From sequence record NC_007637.1: a stretch of DNA of 45,251 nucleotides. One strand, 5' to 3'. This stretch comes from Escherichia phage K1E. Below the pieces are notes generated by a model. The model made no database searches, was not told the origin of the DNA, and saw nothing but the letters and a program-made list of their open reading frames with translations. A program made the translations under genes and the position numbers. Shown piece after piece: positions 16,494-25,712 of this stretch. How positions within the stretch are numbered: position 1 is the stretch's first letter; the number at the start of each line of letters is the position of its first letter.

Positions 16494-16766
16494 ATGCCGA
16501 CTATTGAATCTCGAATTGAACTGGACATTAGCTACAATGCAATCACCAGACAGTATATTGGGGTTGCCTATGATTACAAAACTGGTGAGAAGCTAGTGGA
16601 GGTGAGACAATGGGATGACTATTGGTTAAGACAGAACCTCCATGATGCGGTGTCCTCCTTCTTGAAGGAGTGGCCTACATGCGACCAAACTTCGACTTCG
16701 GAGCTACAGTATCGGAAGACAATAATCTCATCCTGTGGCCAACTGAAGGTAATCGAATCGCTTTAA
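16494..16766 (+). CDS. Hypothetical protein (90 aa as read); 3' end overlaps the exonuclease gene by 88 nt
   Basis: ATG with GGAGA upstream; the true C-terminus is uncertain. Confidence 0.3.
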   Translation: MPTIESRIELDISYNAITRQYIGVAYDYKTGEKLVEVRQWDDYWLRQNLHDAVSSFLKEWPTCDQTSTSELQYRKTIISSCGQLKVIESL

Positions 16767-17704
16767 TAGATGCTGATATGTTACCCTACATCGTAGGTTA
16801 TACAATCAGTGACATGACTTATTTACGAGCCACAACTCGTGTTAAGTCAGGACAAGTCCCATCAATCAAAGATACACCTGAGTGTAAGCAAGCATGTGAC
16901 CGTGTGAACTCCTTGCTTAACTCTTGGGTGTATGCAGCAGAGTGTGATGCAGCTAAGCTATTCATGACGAAATCAGAAGCTAACTTCCGTGTCCGCCTAG
17001 CATTCACAAAGCCTTATAAGGGTCAACGTAAGACCGAGAAGCCTCCGTTCTTCTATGAATTGCGAGAGCATCTCTTAGAGGTTCACGGTGCAATCTTGGC
17101 AGATGGTGAGGAAGCTGATGACCTCATGAGCATCGCACAATGGGATAGCCACCGCCGCTTCCAGCAAGATACAGGTAACGAGTTCGCTATCGGTAGTCCA
17201 GAGCATAAAGCATTCTCTGATACTTGCATCGTTTCCTTAGATAAGGATTTGATGATTGTTCCCGGTTGGCATCTACAGCCGGGTCAAGAGAAGAAGTGGG
17301 TAGAGCCTATGGGCTGGCTTGAGCTACGCCGTAAGGTTAATGGGCAAGTCAAAGATCTAAAAGGTGCTGGCCTCATGTTCCACTATGCACAGATGATTAT
17401 CGGTGATGATATTGATAACTATGCTGGCATACCAGGTCGTGGTGCTAAATATGCCTATGATCTTCTCAAAGATTGTAAGACAGAGAAAGAGTTGTACATG
17501 GCAGTGCTGGGTGCTTACAAGGCTAAGTTCGGGCATGGACAAGTTAAAATTAAGAATTACCGAGGTGGTTATCGTATCGGCAAAGCCTTTGACCTAATGC
17601 TTGAGTGTGGTCGCTTAGCTCACATGGCAAGATTCAAGGGTGATATATGGCGAGCCGATAAGAACCCAATCTTGTGGGGAGATGAAGGATGGCTACAAAG
17701 TTAA
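16679..17704 (+). CDS. 5'-3' exonuclease (FEN/T7 gp6-like, 341 aa)
   Basis: Track ORF starts at GTG 16670; first ATG is 16679 with AGGAG upstream; acidic active-site stretch ALIDADMLPYIVGY; lies in the replication module. Confidence 0.7.
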   Translation: MRPNFDFGATVSEDNNLILWPTEGNRIALIDADMLPYIVGYTISDMTYLRATTRVKSGQVPSIKDTPECKQACDRVNSLLNSWVYAAECDAAKLFMTKSEANFRVRLAFTKPYKGQRKTEKPPFFYELREHLLEVHGAILADGEEADDLMSIAQWDSHRRFQQDTGNEFAIGSPEHKAFSDTCIVSLDKDLMIVPGWHLQPGQEKKWVEPMGWLELRRKVNGQVKDLKGAGLMFHYAQMIIGDDIDNYAGIPGRGAKYAYDLLKDCKTEKELYMAVLGAYKAKFGHGQVKIKNYRGGYRIGKAFDLMLECGRLAHMARFKGDIWRADKNPILWGDEGWLQS

Positions 17705-18102
17705 AAGCATCTGAAGTTGCTGCTTATAAGAAAGAGTTGCTAGAGAAGCAGGGCTGGAAATGTCCTATTTGTGGAGCACCTCTTAAAGCAGTGGCCGAGA
17801 TTAACCGAGTACTAGACCATTGCCATCGCAGAGGTTACTGTAGAGCGGTACTCTGTCGTGGGTGCAATGGCGGTATCGGGAAGATAGAAAACCTAGTAAA
17901 GACTTATTGTAAGGCTGGGGATAATGAGTATTTCATTATCAAGACATTGCGAAACATTGCAGATTATCTAGACTTACATAGTAAGCCTCAGACTGATAAG
18001 ATTTATCATAAACATCAAACGGAGGCAGAGAAGCGCGAGGCTAAGAACCGTAAGGCACGCCTTGCTTATGCAAGAAAGAAGAAGGAGGTTAAAGTTGGGT
18101 AA
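17689..18102 (+). CDS. Endonuclease VII-like junction-resolving nuclease (137 aa)
   Basis: CPICGAPL...LDHCHRRGYCRAVLCRGCNGGIG matches the T4 endonuclease VII zinc/His-Me finger pattern. Confidence 0.7.
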   Translation: MATKLKASEVAAYKKELLEKQGWKCPICGAPLKAVAEINRVLDHCHRRGYCRAVLCRGCNGGIGKIENLVKTYCKAGDNEYFIIKTLRNIADYLDLHSKPQTDKIYHKHQTEAEKREAKNRKARLAYARKKKEVKVG

Positions 18103-19102
18103 GCTTCGCAGCTTGTACAAAGACTCCGAGGTACTTGATGCAATCGAGCAAGCTACCGACGAGAAAGGTAATGTTAATTACAATGAGATGGCACGGATAT
18201 TATCGTGCCACCCTGTGGGTAAGAAGATTACCCGCCAGTTGGCTAGATACTGGCATGGTCAATTCAAGAAGACCAAGAAGAATGGTGATTACTACCAGAC
18301 CCTTCTGCAAGAGGATAAGCGTATCAAGGAAGAGCGTAAGCTCAGGACTCCTGACCGCTACGAGGATTTGGCTATTGTACCATTGCCTGACTCGCCTCAT
18401 CGAAGTGTACTGGTAATCCCTGATACCCATGCACCGTATGAGCACCCAGATACCTTAGAGTTCCTTGCAGCAGTGGCAGCACGTTACCGTCCTGATACGG
18501 TGGTTCATCTTGGAGATGAGGCAGACAAACATGCCTTATCGTTCCACGATTCGGACCCAAATCTGGACAGTGCTGGCATGGAGTTAGAGAAGGCCCGTGT
18601 CTTTATGCATAAATTACACAAGATGTTTCCTGTGATGCGCCTGTGTCATTCTAATCACGGCTCTATGCACTTCCGTAAGGCAAGCGCCAAAGGTATTCCT
18701 GTACAATATCTGCGTACCTATCGTGAAGTCTTCTTTCCGCATGGGGGTGGCGACCAGTGGGATTGGCAGCATACACACGTTCTTGAGTTGCCGAATGGTG
18801 AACAGGTTGCATTTAAGCATCAACCCGCAGGCTCAGTCTTAGCAGATGCAGCGCATGAGCGCATGAACTTAGTGTGCGGTCACTTGCATGGTAAGATGTC
18901 GGTGGAGTATGCACGTAATACACATGAACAGTATTGGGCTGTGCAGGGCGGCTGTTTGATTGATGAGTCATCTCGTGCATTTGCCTATGGTCGTGAGTCC
19001 AAATACAAGCCAGCATTAGGTTGTGTGGTTATTCTGGAGGGTGTGCCGCACATTGTCCCGATGCAGACCAATAGTGACAATCGCTGGATTGGTAAGATTT
19101 AG
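18095..19102 (+). CDS. Calcineurin-like metallophosphoesterase (about 335 aa); start uncertain
   Basis: Motifs VIPDTHAPYEH, HLGDEADKH and CHSNHGS. Track ORF starts at TTG 18062; proposed start is TTG 18095 (AAGGAGG 8 nt upstream); the first in-frame ATG is at 18188. Confidence 0.55.
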   Translation: MGKLRSLYKDSEVLDAIEQATDEKGNVNYNEMARILSCHPVGKKITRQLARYWHGQFKKTKKNGDYYQTLLQEDKRIKEERKLRTPDRYEDLAIVPLPDSPHRSVLVIPDTHAPYEHPDTLEFLAAVAARYRPDTVVHLGDEADKHALSFHDSDPNLDSAGMELEKARVFMHKLHKMFPVMRLCHSNHGSMHFRKASAKGIPVQYLRTYREVFFPHGGGDQWDWQHTHVLELPNGEQVAFKHQPAGSVLADAAHERMNLVCGHLHGKMSVEYARNTHEQYWAVQGGCLIDESSRAFAYGRESKYKPALGCVVILEGVPHIVPMQTNSDNRWIGKI

Positions 19103-19119
19103 TTGACACTATAGAACAA
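19097..19119 (+). promoter_or_regulatory. SP6-type phage promoter (+1 G at 19114)
   Basis: ATTTAGTTGACACTATAGAACAA; overlaps the upstream stop codon. Confidence 0.75.
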
Positions 19120-19169
19120 AGGGTAGGTATTAGCTTACCCTTGATTGTATAGTGAATGGAGGAATTAAT

Positions 19170-19709
19170 ATGTCACAATATGTATGTGAGAAATGCGGCA
19201 ATCGATATGATAACTGCACCTGTGATTATAATAAAGGTAAAAGGATTAAATCAGGTGATTATGTTATACGACGTGCAGGCTGCCGCGACCCAGAGTGGGG
19301 CAGGGTGTGTAAACTATTAGGCAAGAAATCAGATGCAACATTCAAAGTTATAAAGGATGAGTCTGTCGGCAGCGCCATTATACTTGAAGGTATCGAAAAG
19401 CGAGAATGGTATGCACCTTATTTCGAGAGAGTGGCAACCCCACCAGTTGTACCTGAGTCTAATAACTCAAACGATAATATGGTTACGCAACCTAAGCACT
19501 ACGAGTTCTTCGATGGGGTAGAGGCAATCACTATCATTGCTCGTAGTATGACCGAGAAGCAATTTGCTGGATATTGCATGGGTAATGCTTTGAAGTATCG
19601 TCTGCGTGCAGGGAAGAAATTCAACACGGAAGAAGACCTGAAGAAAGCAGACTACTACAAAGAGCTATTCCAGAAGCATCGTCACGAATGTATTGATGAG
19701 GATATTTAA
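19170..19709 (+). CDS. Hypothetical protein with N-terminal Cys cluster (179 aa)
   Basis: Track ORF starts at GTG 19152; first ATG is 19170 with GGAGG upstream; CEKCGNRYDNCTCDY; conserved-looking C-terminal region PKHYEF...KYRLRAGKK. Confidence 0.5.
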   Translation: MSQYVCEKCGNRYDNCTCDYNKGKRIKSGDYVIRRAGCRDPEWGRVCKLLGKKSDATFKVIKDESVGSAIILEGIEKREWYAPYFERVATPPVVPESNNSNDNMVTQPKHYEFFDGVEAITIIARSMTEKQFAGYCMGNALKYRLRAGKKFNTEEDLKKADYYKELFQKHRHECIDEDI

Positions 19710-19710
19710 T

Positions 19711-19884
19711 ATGGAAGGTAAACTGTATAGAGGGTACTTCGGTAACTTATATAAAGTAAGCCCTCGCGGTTTTGTATTGACCTCTGATGATGAAGGTGCA
19801 ATGTGGTTCCTAAGTGCCTATGGTTCTGACTTAGCATACTTTAAAGAGGCAATAGTTAAAGGTGTGATGAAGGAGGTGAAATGA
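19711..19884 (+). CDS. Hypothetical small protein (57 aa)
   Basis: Track ORF starts at TTG 19693; ATG 19711 with GAGGA upstream. Confidence 0.4.
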   Translation: MEGKLYRGYFGNLYKVSPRGFVLTSDDEGAMWFLSAYGSDLAYFKEAIVKGVMKEVK

Positions 19885-20828
19885 ATATCTTCCAATTCCT
19901 AGGTCTTCCAGAAGACCACCGCAATCACCCATTCATGCTGGTGAAACATCGCGGTGAAGTACCTGAGAAGAAATTAACTTTTCCATGTTATGCACAGGTA
20001 AAACGAGATGGTATATTTAGTGCTGTGGTTGTTCGCAACGATGGTGTCGTTGGTGTCTTTGGACGCACTGGAAAGAAACTGGCTAACACGGAAACCTTGG
20101 AAGAATCTTATTCAGCTTTCCCTACTGGCATTTATCTCGGTGAGTTGCAATCTATGGCTATTGATGTCTACCTTGAAGCACTTTCTGGAGTAGTTAACCC
20201 TAACCGCACTGAGCCACTGGATTTCATAGGCCAGCAGATTAAAGACAACCTGTATATTGACTTCTTCGATATGTTAACTATTAAGGCATTCCATGATGGA
20301 TTCACTGATGTTTCTTATCTCAAACGTTACGATGCTTTACATCGTCGCATCGGCGCTCATCTTAGCGGGCACAACGCTATCCTTCCTATTACTCCTTGCC
20401 ATAATGAGCGAGAAGTTGAAGCGTTTGCGCAAGAGCAAATAGATGCAGGCCGAGAGGGTGCTGTGTTCAAACTGGACTGCGATTATGAAGCAGGCCACAA
20501 AGGTTATCGTCAAACTAAGATTGTACGCATGGTGTCTTATGACCTAACCTGTATTGGTTGGGAAGAGGGTAAAGGAAAATACAAGGGTAAGGTTGCTAAC
20601 CTGATCTTTAAATGGAAAGGAGGCAAGTCTGTTAAGGCTATGCTGGGTCGTGGCTGGTCGCATGAGGATGCAGCCCAAATGTATCACGATATTAAACACG
20701 GTGGCGAACTGAACGTCATTGGGAAAATCTTCGCTGTCAAGGCGTTGCAGGAATCTAGCAAGGGAGTCCTGAGACTTCCCAAGGTTTCTGAGTTGCGCCA
20801 CGATAAGGAGGTTCCTGATGTCTATTGA
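19881..20828 (+). CDS. ATP-dependent DNA ligase (315 aa)
   Basis: AAGGAGG RBS; adenylation motif I in AQVKRDGIF (KxDG); GREGAVFK and KGKYKGK stretches consistent with later ligase motifs. Confidence 0.7.
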   Translation: MNIFQFLGLPEDHRNHPFMLVKHRGEVPEKKLTFPCYAQVKRDGIFSAVVVRNDGVVGVFGRTGKKLANTETLEESYSAFPTGIYLGELQSMAIDVYLEALSGVVNPNRTEPLDFIGQQIKDNLYIDFFDMLTIKAFHDGFTDVSYLKRYDALHRRIGAHLSGHNAILPITPCHNEREVEAFAQEQIDAGREGAVFKLDCDYEAGHKGYRQTKIVRMVSYDLTCIGWEEGKGKYKGKVANLIFKWKGGKSVKAMLGRGWSHEDAAQMYHDIKHGGELNVIGKIFAVKALQESSKGVLRLPKVSELRHDKEVPDVY

Positions 20829-20943
20829 TTTGAACGAAGAGCAGCTTGAATTGTTAATAGAAGCCATTGAGCAATACTATTACATGTGTGGCTATCAATC
20901 AGAAGAACTAGACTCCTTATATTCACAATTAAAAGGAGGTTAA
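20818..20943 (+). CDS. Hypothetical small protein (41 aa)
   Basis: ATG 20818 with AAGGAGG upstream; found by manual translation. Confidence 0.35.
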   Translation: MSIDLNEEQLELLIEAIEQYYYMCGYQSEELDSLYSQLKGG

Positions 20944-20945
20944 TT

Positions 20946-21143
20946 ATGTCTTTTGATTCTATGAAGGCAACTCGTGCGGTTGAGGTAGCAGAGGCTATCT
21001 TCGAAACTTTATCCTGTGGTATGGAAGTACCATATACTTTACTGGCTGATGCAGAAGAGCTTGGTCTTTCTATAGAGGCCATCCAAGAGAAGGTTGAGGA
21101 ACTCTATGGTACAGACGAAGAAGAAACCGACGATTTCATTTGA
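20946..21143 (+). CDS. Hypothetical acidic protein (65 aa)
   Basis: Track ORF trimmed to ATG 20946 with AAAGGAGG upstream. Confidence 0.45.
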   Translation: MSFDSMKATRAVEVAEAIFETLSCGMEVPYTLLADAEELGLSIEAIQEKVEELYGTDEEETDDFI

Positions 21144-21276
21144 GGGTATGGAGATGCTTGAGATGATTCTCAAGCCTTCTTCTCCGAAGGTGACTAAGAC
21201 TCACGAAGAATTAATCGTAGATGAAGTGAAGCGTTACATAATGGATTGTGTCAGAGCACAACTGGTGGTCCAATGA
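21106..21276 (+). CDS. Hypothetical small protein (56 aa); start uncertain
   Basis: Track ORF starts at TTG 21094; ATG 21106 with GAGGA upstream; overlaps its neighbour. Confidence 0.25.
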   Translation: MVQTKKKPTISFEGMEMLEMILKPSSPKVTKTHEELIVDEVKRYIMDCVRAQLVVQ

Positions 21277-21734
21277 TACGTCCAGCTTCATTCTTAGATA
21301 TTCCTGAGATTATAAACCTTGGGAATAAGTACGTGGAAGAGGAAGTCAAGGTTGTAGCCCATCACTCAGCCTCATGGAATGCAGAACAAAGCGCACATAA
21401 CCTTTGTGCATCTCTTAGTAGAGAAGATTTATTCCTATGGGTGGCTGTAGATGAAGGGCAGATTGTAGGTTTTCTGTGGGCCGGCTATCATGAGTTAGCC
21501 CCTTGGACACCTGTAAGAGTTGCATCTGACATTCTCTTTTATATTGTACCAGAGAAGCGAGGGACACTGCTCGGTATGCGCCTCATCAAAGCCTTGAAGC
21601 AATGGGCTAATGATAGTGGGTGTTCCGAGGTCCGCCTGTCTATCGCTTCTGGTATTAATGAAGAACGTGTCGGACGTATGTATAAGCGACTTGGCTTTGA
21701 ACAGTTTGGCACTGTGTATAACCTGAAGTTCTAA
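21273..21734 (+). CDS. GNAT-family N-acetyltransferase (153 aa)
   Basis: Track ORF trimmed to ATG 21273 (ATGA overlap); acetyl-CoA-binding-like stretch QIVGFLW...EKRGTLLGMRLIKAL. Confidence 0.55.
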   Translation: MIRPASFLDIPEIINLGNKYVEEEVKVVAHHSASWNAEQSAHNLCASLSREDLFLWVAVDEGQIVGFLWAGYHELAPWTPVRVASDILFYIVPEKRGTLLGMRLIKALKQWANDSGCSEVRLSIASGINEERVGRMYKRLGFEQFGTVYNLKF

Positions 21735-21743
21735 GGAGATCAC

Positions 21744-21953
21744 ATGGGTATTGTAAAGAAAGCATTTAAGGCTGTCGGTCTTGCTCAAGATGCACCGCGT
21801 ATTGAAGCCAAGGTTCCTGCTCAGCAGCTTGAGCGTAAGCCTGAGACTGAAGCTGAAGATATACAGATTGGTGCAGGTGGTGATGATGCGACTGCATCTG
21901 CAAAAGGTAAGCGCGGGCTTGTCCGTCCGGTAGCTTCTAGCTTGAAGGTGTAA
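21744..21953 (+). CDS. Hypothetical small virion-associated protein (69 aa)
   Basis: AAGGAGA RBS; immediately upstream of the portal gene; basic Gly-rich C-terminus. Confidence 0.4.
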   Translation: MGIVKKAFKAVGLAQDAPRIEAKVPAQQLERKPETEAEDIQIGAGGDDATASAKGKRGLVRPVASSLKV

Positions 21954-21954
21954 T

Positions 21955-23505
21955 ATGAAACAGAGCACAGATTTGGAGTATGGAGGTAAGCGGTCTAAGA
22001 TACCTAAGCTATGGGAGAAGTTCTCCACTAAACGTAGCTCTTTCCTTGATAGGGCGAAGCATTACTCCAAATTAACCTTGCCCTATCTGATGAATGACAA
22101 AGGTGATAACGAGACTTCGCAGAACGGATGGCAAGGTGTAGGTGCTCAGGCAACTAACCACCTAGCCAACAAGCTAGCGCAAGTGCTATTCCCTGCACAG
22201 CGCTCCTTCTTCCGTGTAGACCTAACTGCACAAGGTGAGAAGGTTCTTAATCAGCGTGGCCTGAAGAAGACAGAGCTAGCTACTATCTTTGCTCAAGTGG
22301 AAACACGGGCAATGAAAGAGTTAGAGCAACGTCAATTCCGGCCTGCTGTAGTAGAAGCATTCAAGCATCTTATTGTTGCTGGTAGCTGTATGCTATACAA
22401 GCCAAGCAAAGGTGCAATCAGTGCAATCCCAATGCATCACTATGTAGTTAATCGTGACACTAATGGCGACCTGTTAGACATTATCTTACTGCAAGAAAAA
22501 TCCTTGCGTACATTTGACCCTGCTACACGTGCTGTAGTAGAGGTTGGCTTGAAAGGTAAGAAATGCAAGGAAGATGACAGCATTAAGCTGTACACACATG
22601 CTAAGTATCTTGGTGAGGGTTTTTGGGAACTCAAGCAATCTGCTGATGATATCCCTGTTGGTAAGGTAAGTAAAATCAAATCAGAAAAGCTACCATTTAT
22701 CCCGCTAACTTGGAAGCGAAGCTATGGTGAGGATTGGGGTCGTCCTTTAGCAGAGGATTACTCCGGTGATTTATTCGTTATCCAATTCTTATCTGAAGCA
22801 GTTGCCCGTGGTGCTGCACTGATGGCAGACATTAAGTACCTGATTCGTCCGGGTGCTCAGACTGATGTTGACCACTTTGTTAACTCTGGCACTGGTGAGG
22901 TTGTCACTGGTGTAGAAGAAGATATCCATATTGTACAGTTAGGTAAGTACGCAGACCTCACACCTATTAGCGCGGTTCTAGAGGTATACACTCGCCGTAT
23001 CGGTGTAGTCTTCATGATGGAGACAATGACACGTCGTGACGCTGAACGTGTTACTGCTGTAGAAATCCAGCGAGATGCGTTAGAAATTGAGCAGAACATG
23101 GGTGGTGTATATTCCCTCTTTGCTACTACTATGCAATCGCCAGTAGCGATGTGGGGTCTGCTGGAGGCAGGAGACTCCTTCACTAGTGACCTAGTGGACC
23201 CTGTGATTATCACAGGTATTGAAGCTTTAGGACGCATGGCTGAGTTGGATAAACTGGCAAACTTTGCTCAGTACATGTCACTGCCATTACAATGGCCTGA
23301 GCCTGTACTAGCTGCTGTGAAATGGCCTGACTATATGGATTGGGTACGAGGTCAAATCTCTGCTGAACTGCCGTTCCTTAAATCGGCTGAAGAGATGGAA
23401 CAAGAACAGGAAGCACAGATGCAAGCACAGCAAGCACAGATGCTTGAAGAAGGTGTGGCTAAGGCCGTGCCGGGTGTAATTCAACAAGAACTTAAGGAGG
23501 CGTAA
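21955..23505 (+). CDS. Portal (head-tail connector) protein (516 aa)
   Basis: WQGVGAQATNHLANKL and RVTAVEIQRDALEIEQNMGGVYS parallel T7 gp8 (WQAVGARGLNNLASKL; RVTAEEIRYVASELE...GGVYS). Confidence 0.85.
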   Translation: MKQSTDLEYGGKRSKIPKLWEKFSTKRSSFLDRAKHYSKLTLPYLMNDKGDNETSQNGWQGVGAQATNHLANKLAQVLFPAQRSFFRVDLTAQGEKVLNQRGLKKTELATIFAQVETRAMKELEQRQFRPAVVEAFKHLIVAGSCMLYKPSKGAISAIPMHHYVVNRDTNGDLLDIILLQEKSLRTFDPATRAVVEVGLKGKKCKEDDSIKLYTHAKYLGEGFWELKQSADDIPVGKVSKIKSEKLPFIPLTWKRSYGEDWGRPLAEDYSGDLFVIQFLSEAVARGAALMADIKYLIRPGAQTDVDHFVNSGTGEVVTGVEEDIHIVQLGKYADLTPISAVLEVYTRRIGVVFMMETMTRRDAERVTAVEIQRDALEIEQNMGGVYSLFATTMQSPVAMWGLLEAGDSFTSDLVDPVIITGIEALGRMAELDKLANFAQYMSLPLQWPEPVLAAVKWPDYMDWVRGQISAELPFLKSAEEMEQEQEAQMQAQQAQMLEEGVAKAVPGVIQQELKEA

Positions 23506-24425
23506 TGTCTTTCTCATTTACTGAACCGTCAACCACTCATCCTACTGCTGAAGAAAATCCGGTAGAAACCAAGGAGGTAACAACTGATGCTGCTACTACT
23601 GATGTTCCTGCTGATGCTGGCACTGCTGTACAAGATGACAATGCTGGTGCACAATCTACTGAAGACGCCGGAGGAGAAGCTTCTGGACAGCCTTCAGAAG
23701 AAGGAGACAATGGCGGAGAGAATGGTGAATCTAAGCCAGATGATACCGCGACCGACACTGAGGAAGTGCAGTACTTCTTCGGAGAATATGAAGTAACAGT
23801 AGATATACCACAGGATGTTACGGATAGCCTTAAAGAGAAGGGTATTGATGCTAAGCAGGTTGCCAAGGAACTCTATGCCAAAGATGGCAAGTTTGAGCTG
23901 TCTGATGCAACCAAGCAGAAATTGTATGATGCTTTTGGCAAGTTTGCGGTAGATGCTTACCTGTCAGGTCTTAAGGCTCAAAATGAAGCCTTCTTCCTGA
24001 AAGAAGCCAACGCAGCTAAAGAGTTGGAAGCAGCTAATACCCAACGCTTCTCTGATGTTTCTAAGGAAATTGGTGGAGAAGAAGGTTGGTCCCGTCTTGA
24101 GGCGTGGGCGCTTGAAACGCTATCCAATGACGAACTCACGGCATTCAATGCGGTGATGGAGTCTGGCAACCAATACCTCCAGCAATATGCTGTGCGTGAA
24201 CTAGAAAGCCGCCGTAAAGCTGCACAGGGTGATGACAAGCCAAACTTGATTGAGCCATCTGCACCTGCTGCCGCATCTGAGGATAATGGACCTCTGTCTC
24301 GCGAGCAGTATCTCCGTGAGATGATGACGCTGGGTTCCCGCTTCGGTACAGACAAGAAAGCTGCTGCTGAGTATCAGGCTAAGCTGGATGCTCGCCGCCG
24401 TGCGGGTATGGCTCGCGGACTTTAA
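23505..24425 (+). CDS. Capsid assembly scaffolding protein (306 aa)
   Basis: Acidic, Ala/Glu-rich protein between the portal and major capsid genes; TAATG coupling to the portal gene. Confidence 0.6.
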   Translation: MSFSFTEPSTTHPTAEENPVETKEVTTDAATTDVPADAGTAVQDDNAGAQSTEDAGGEASGQPSEEGDNGGENGESKPDDTATDTEEVQYFFGEYEVTVDIPQDVTDSLKEKGIDAKQVAKELYAKDGKFELSDATKQKLYDAFGKFAVDAYLSGLKAQNEAFFLKEANAAKELEAANTQRFSDVSKEIGGEEGWSRLEAWALETLSNDELTAFNAVMESGNQYLQQYAVRELESRRKAAQGDDKPNLIEPSAPAAASEDNGPLSREQYLREMMTLGSRFGTDKKAAAEYQAKLDARRRAGMARGL

Positions 24426-24430
24426 TCAGT

Positions 24431-24453
24431 ATTTACTGGACACTATAGAAGGG
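24431..24453 (+). promoter_or_regulatory. SP6-type phage promoter for the major capsid gene (+1 G at 24448)
   Basis: ATTTACTGGACACTATAGAAGGG; the transcript would start with hairpin gggaga-aatg-tctccc (24451..24466). Confidence 0.8.
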
Positions 24454-24501
24454 AGAAATGTCTCCCTAAATTATCAATTTGATTTATAAGGAGGTTTATT
24501 A

Positions 24502-25704
24502 ATGTCTACGCCGAATAACCTGACCAACGTTGCAGTTTCCGCTTCCGGTGAGGTAGACAGCCTTCTCATTGAGAAATTCAATGGTAAGGTAAATGAGCAG
24601 TACCTGAAAGGTGAGAATATCATGTCTTACTTCGATGTTCAGACTGTAACTGGTACTAACACTGTAAGCAACAAGTACTTGGGTGAAACCGAGTTGCAGG
24701 TTCTAGCACCGGGCCAGTCTCCGGCTGCAACCTCCACTCAGGCCGATAAAAACCAGCTGGTAATTGATGCCACTGTTATCGCGCGTAACACCGTTGCACA
24801 CCTGCATGATGTACAGGGTGATATTGACAGCCTGAAACCGAAGCTGGCTACCAACCAAGCTAAGCAGCTTAAGAAGATGGAAGACGAGATGCTTATTCAG
24901 CAGATGCTGCTGGGCGGTATTGCCAACACTCAGGCCAAGCGCACAAATCCTCGTGTGAAAGGTCATGGCTTCTCTGTAAACGTAGAGGTCAATGAAGGAG
25001 AAGCACTGGTTAACCCACAGTATGTAATGGCAGCTGTAGAGTTTGCTCTGGAGCAGCAGCTTGAGCAGGAAGTTGATATCTCTGATGTAGCTATTCTGAT
25101 GCCATGGCGTTACTTCAACGTACTGCGTGACGCAGACCGTATTGTTGATAAGAGCTACACGATTAGCCAGTCCGGTGCTACTATCCAGGGCTTCGTACTG
25201 TCTTCCTACAATTGTCCGGTGATCCCGTCTAACCGCTTCCCTAAATATTCTCAGGGGCAGAAACATCACCTTTTGTCTAACGAAGATAACGGCTATCGTT
25301 ATGACCCGATTGCAGAAATGAACGGTGCTATCGCTGTTCTGTTCACTGCTGATGCATTGCTGGTTGGTCGCTCTATCGACGTAATTGGTGATATCTTCTA
25401 TGAGAAGAAAGAGAAGACCTACTACATCGACACCTTCATGTCAGAAGGTGCAATCCCTGACCGTTGGGAGGCTGTGTCGGTTGTTACTACCAAGCGTCAA
25501 AGCACTGGAGCAGTTGACTCTGGTAATGCTGCACAGCACACTCAGGTTCTGAACCGTGCACAGCGCAAAGCTGTCTACGTTAAGAATGCTGCCCCTGCAG
25601 GTGCTTTCGCTGCTGCTAGCTTGTCTGCTGAAGACTTGGTTGCTGCTGTACGTGCAGTGATGGCTAATGACATTAAGCCGACTGCAATGAAACCTACTGA
25701 GTAA
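24502..25704 (+). CDS. Major capsid protein (400 aa)
   Basis: Strong promoter and RBS (AAGGAGG), position after the scaffold gene, followed by a strong terminator. Confidence 0.8.
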   Translation: MSTPNNLTNVAVSASGEVDSLLIEKFNGKVNEQYLKGENIMSYFDVQTVTGTNTVSNKYLGETELQVLAPGQSPAATSTQADKNQLVIDATVIARNTVAHLHDVQGDIDSLKPKLATNQAKQLKKMEDEMLIQQMLLGGIANTQAKRTNPRVKGHGFSVNVEVNEGEALVNPQYVMAAVEFALEQQLEQEVDISDVAILMPWRYFNVLRDADRIVDKSYTISQSGATIQGFVLSSYNCPVIPSNRFPKYSQGQKHHLLSNEDNGYRYDPIAEMNGAIAVLFTADALLVGRSIDVIGDIFYEKKEKTYYIDTFMSEGAIPDRWEAVSVVTTKRQSTGAVDSGNAAQHTQVLNRAQRKAVYVKNAAPAGAFAAASLSAEDLVAAVRAVMANDIKPTAMKPTE

Positions 25705-25712
25705 TACCTATG

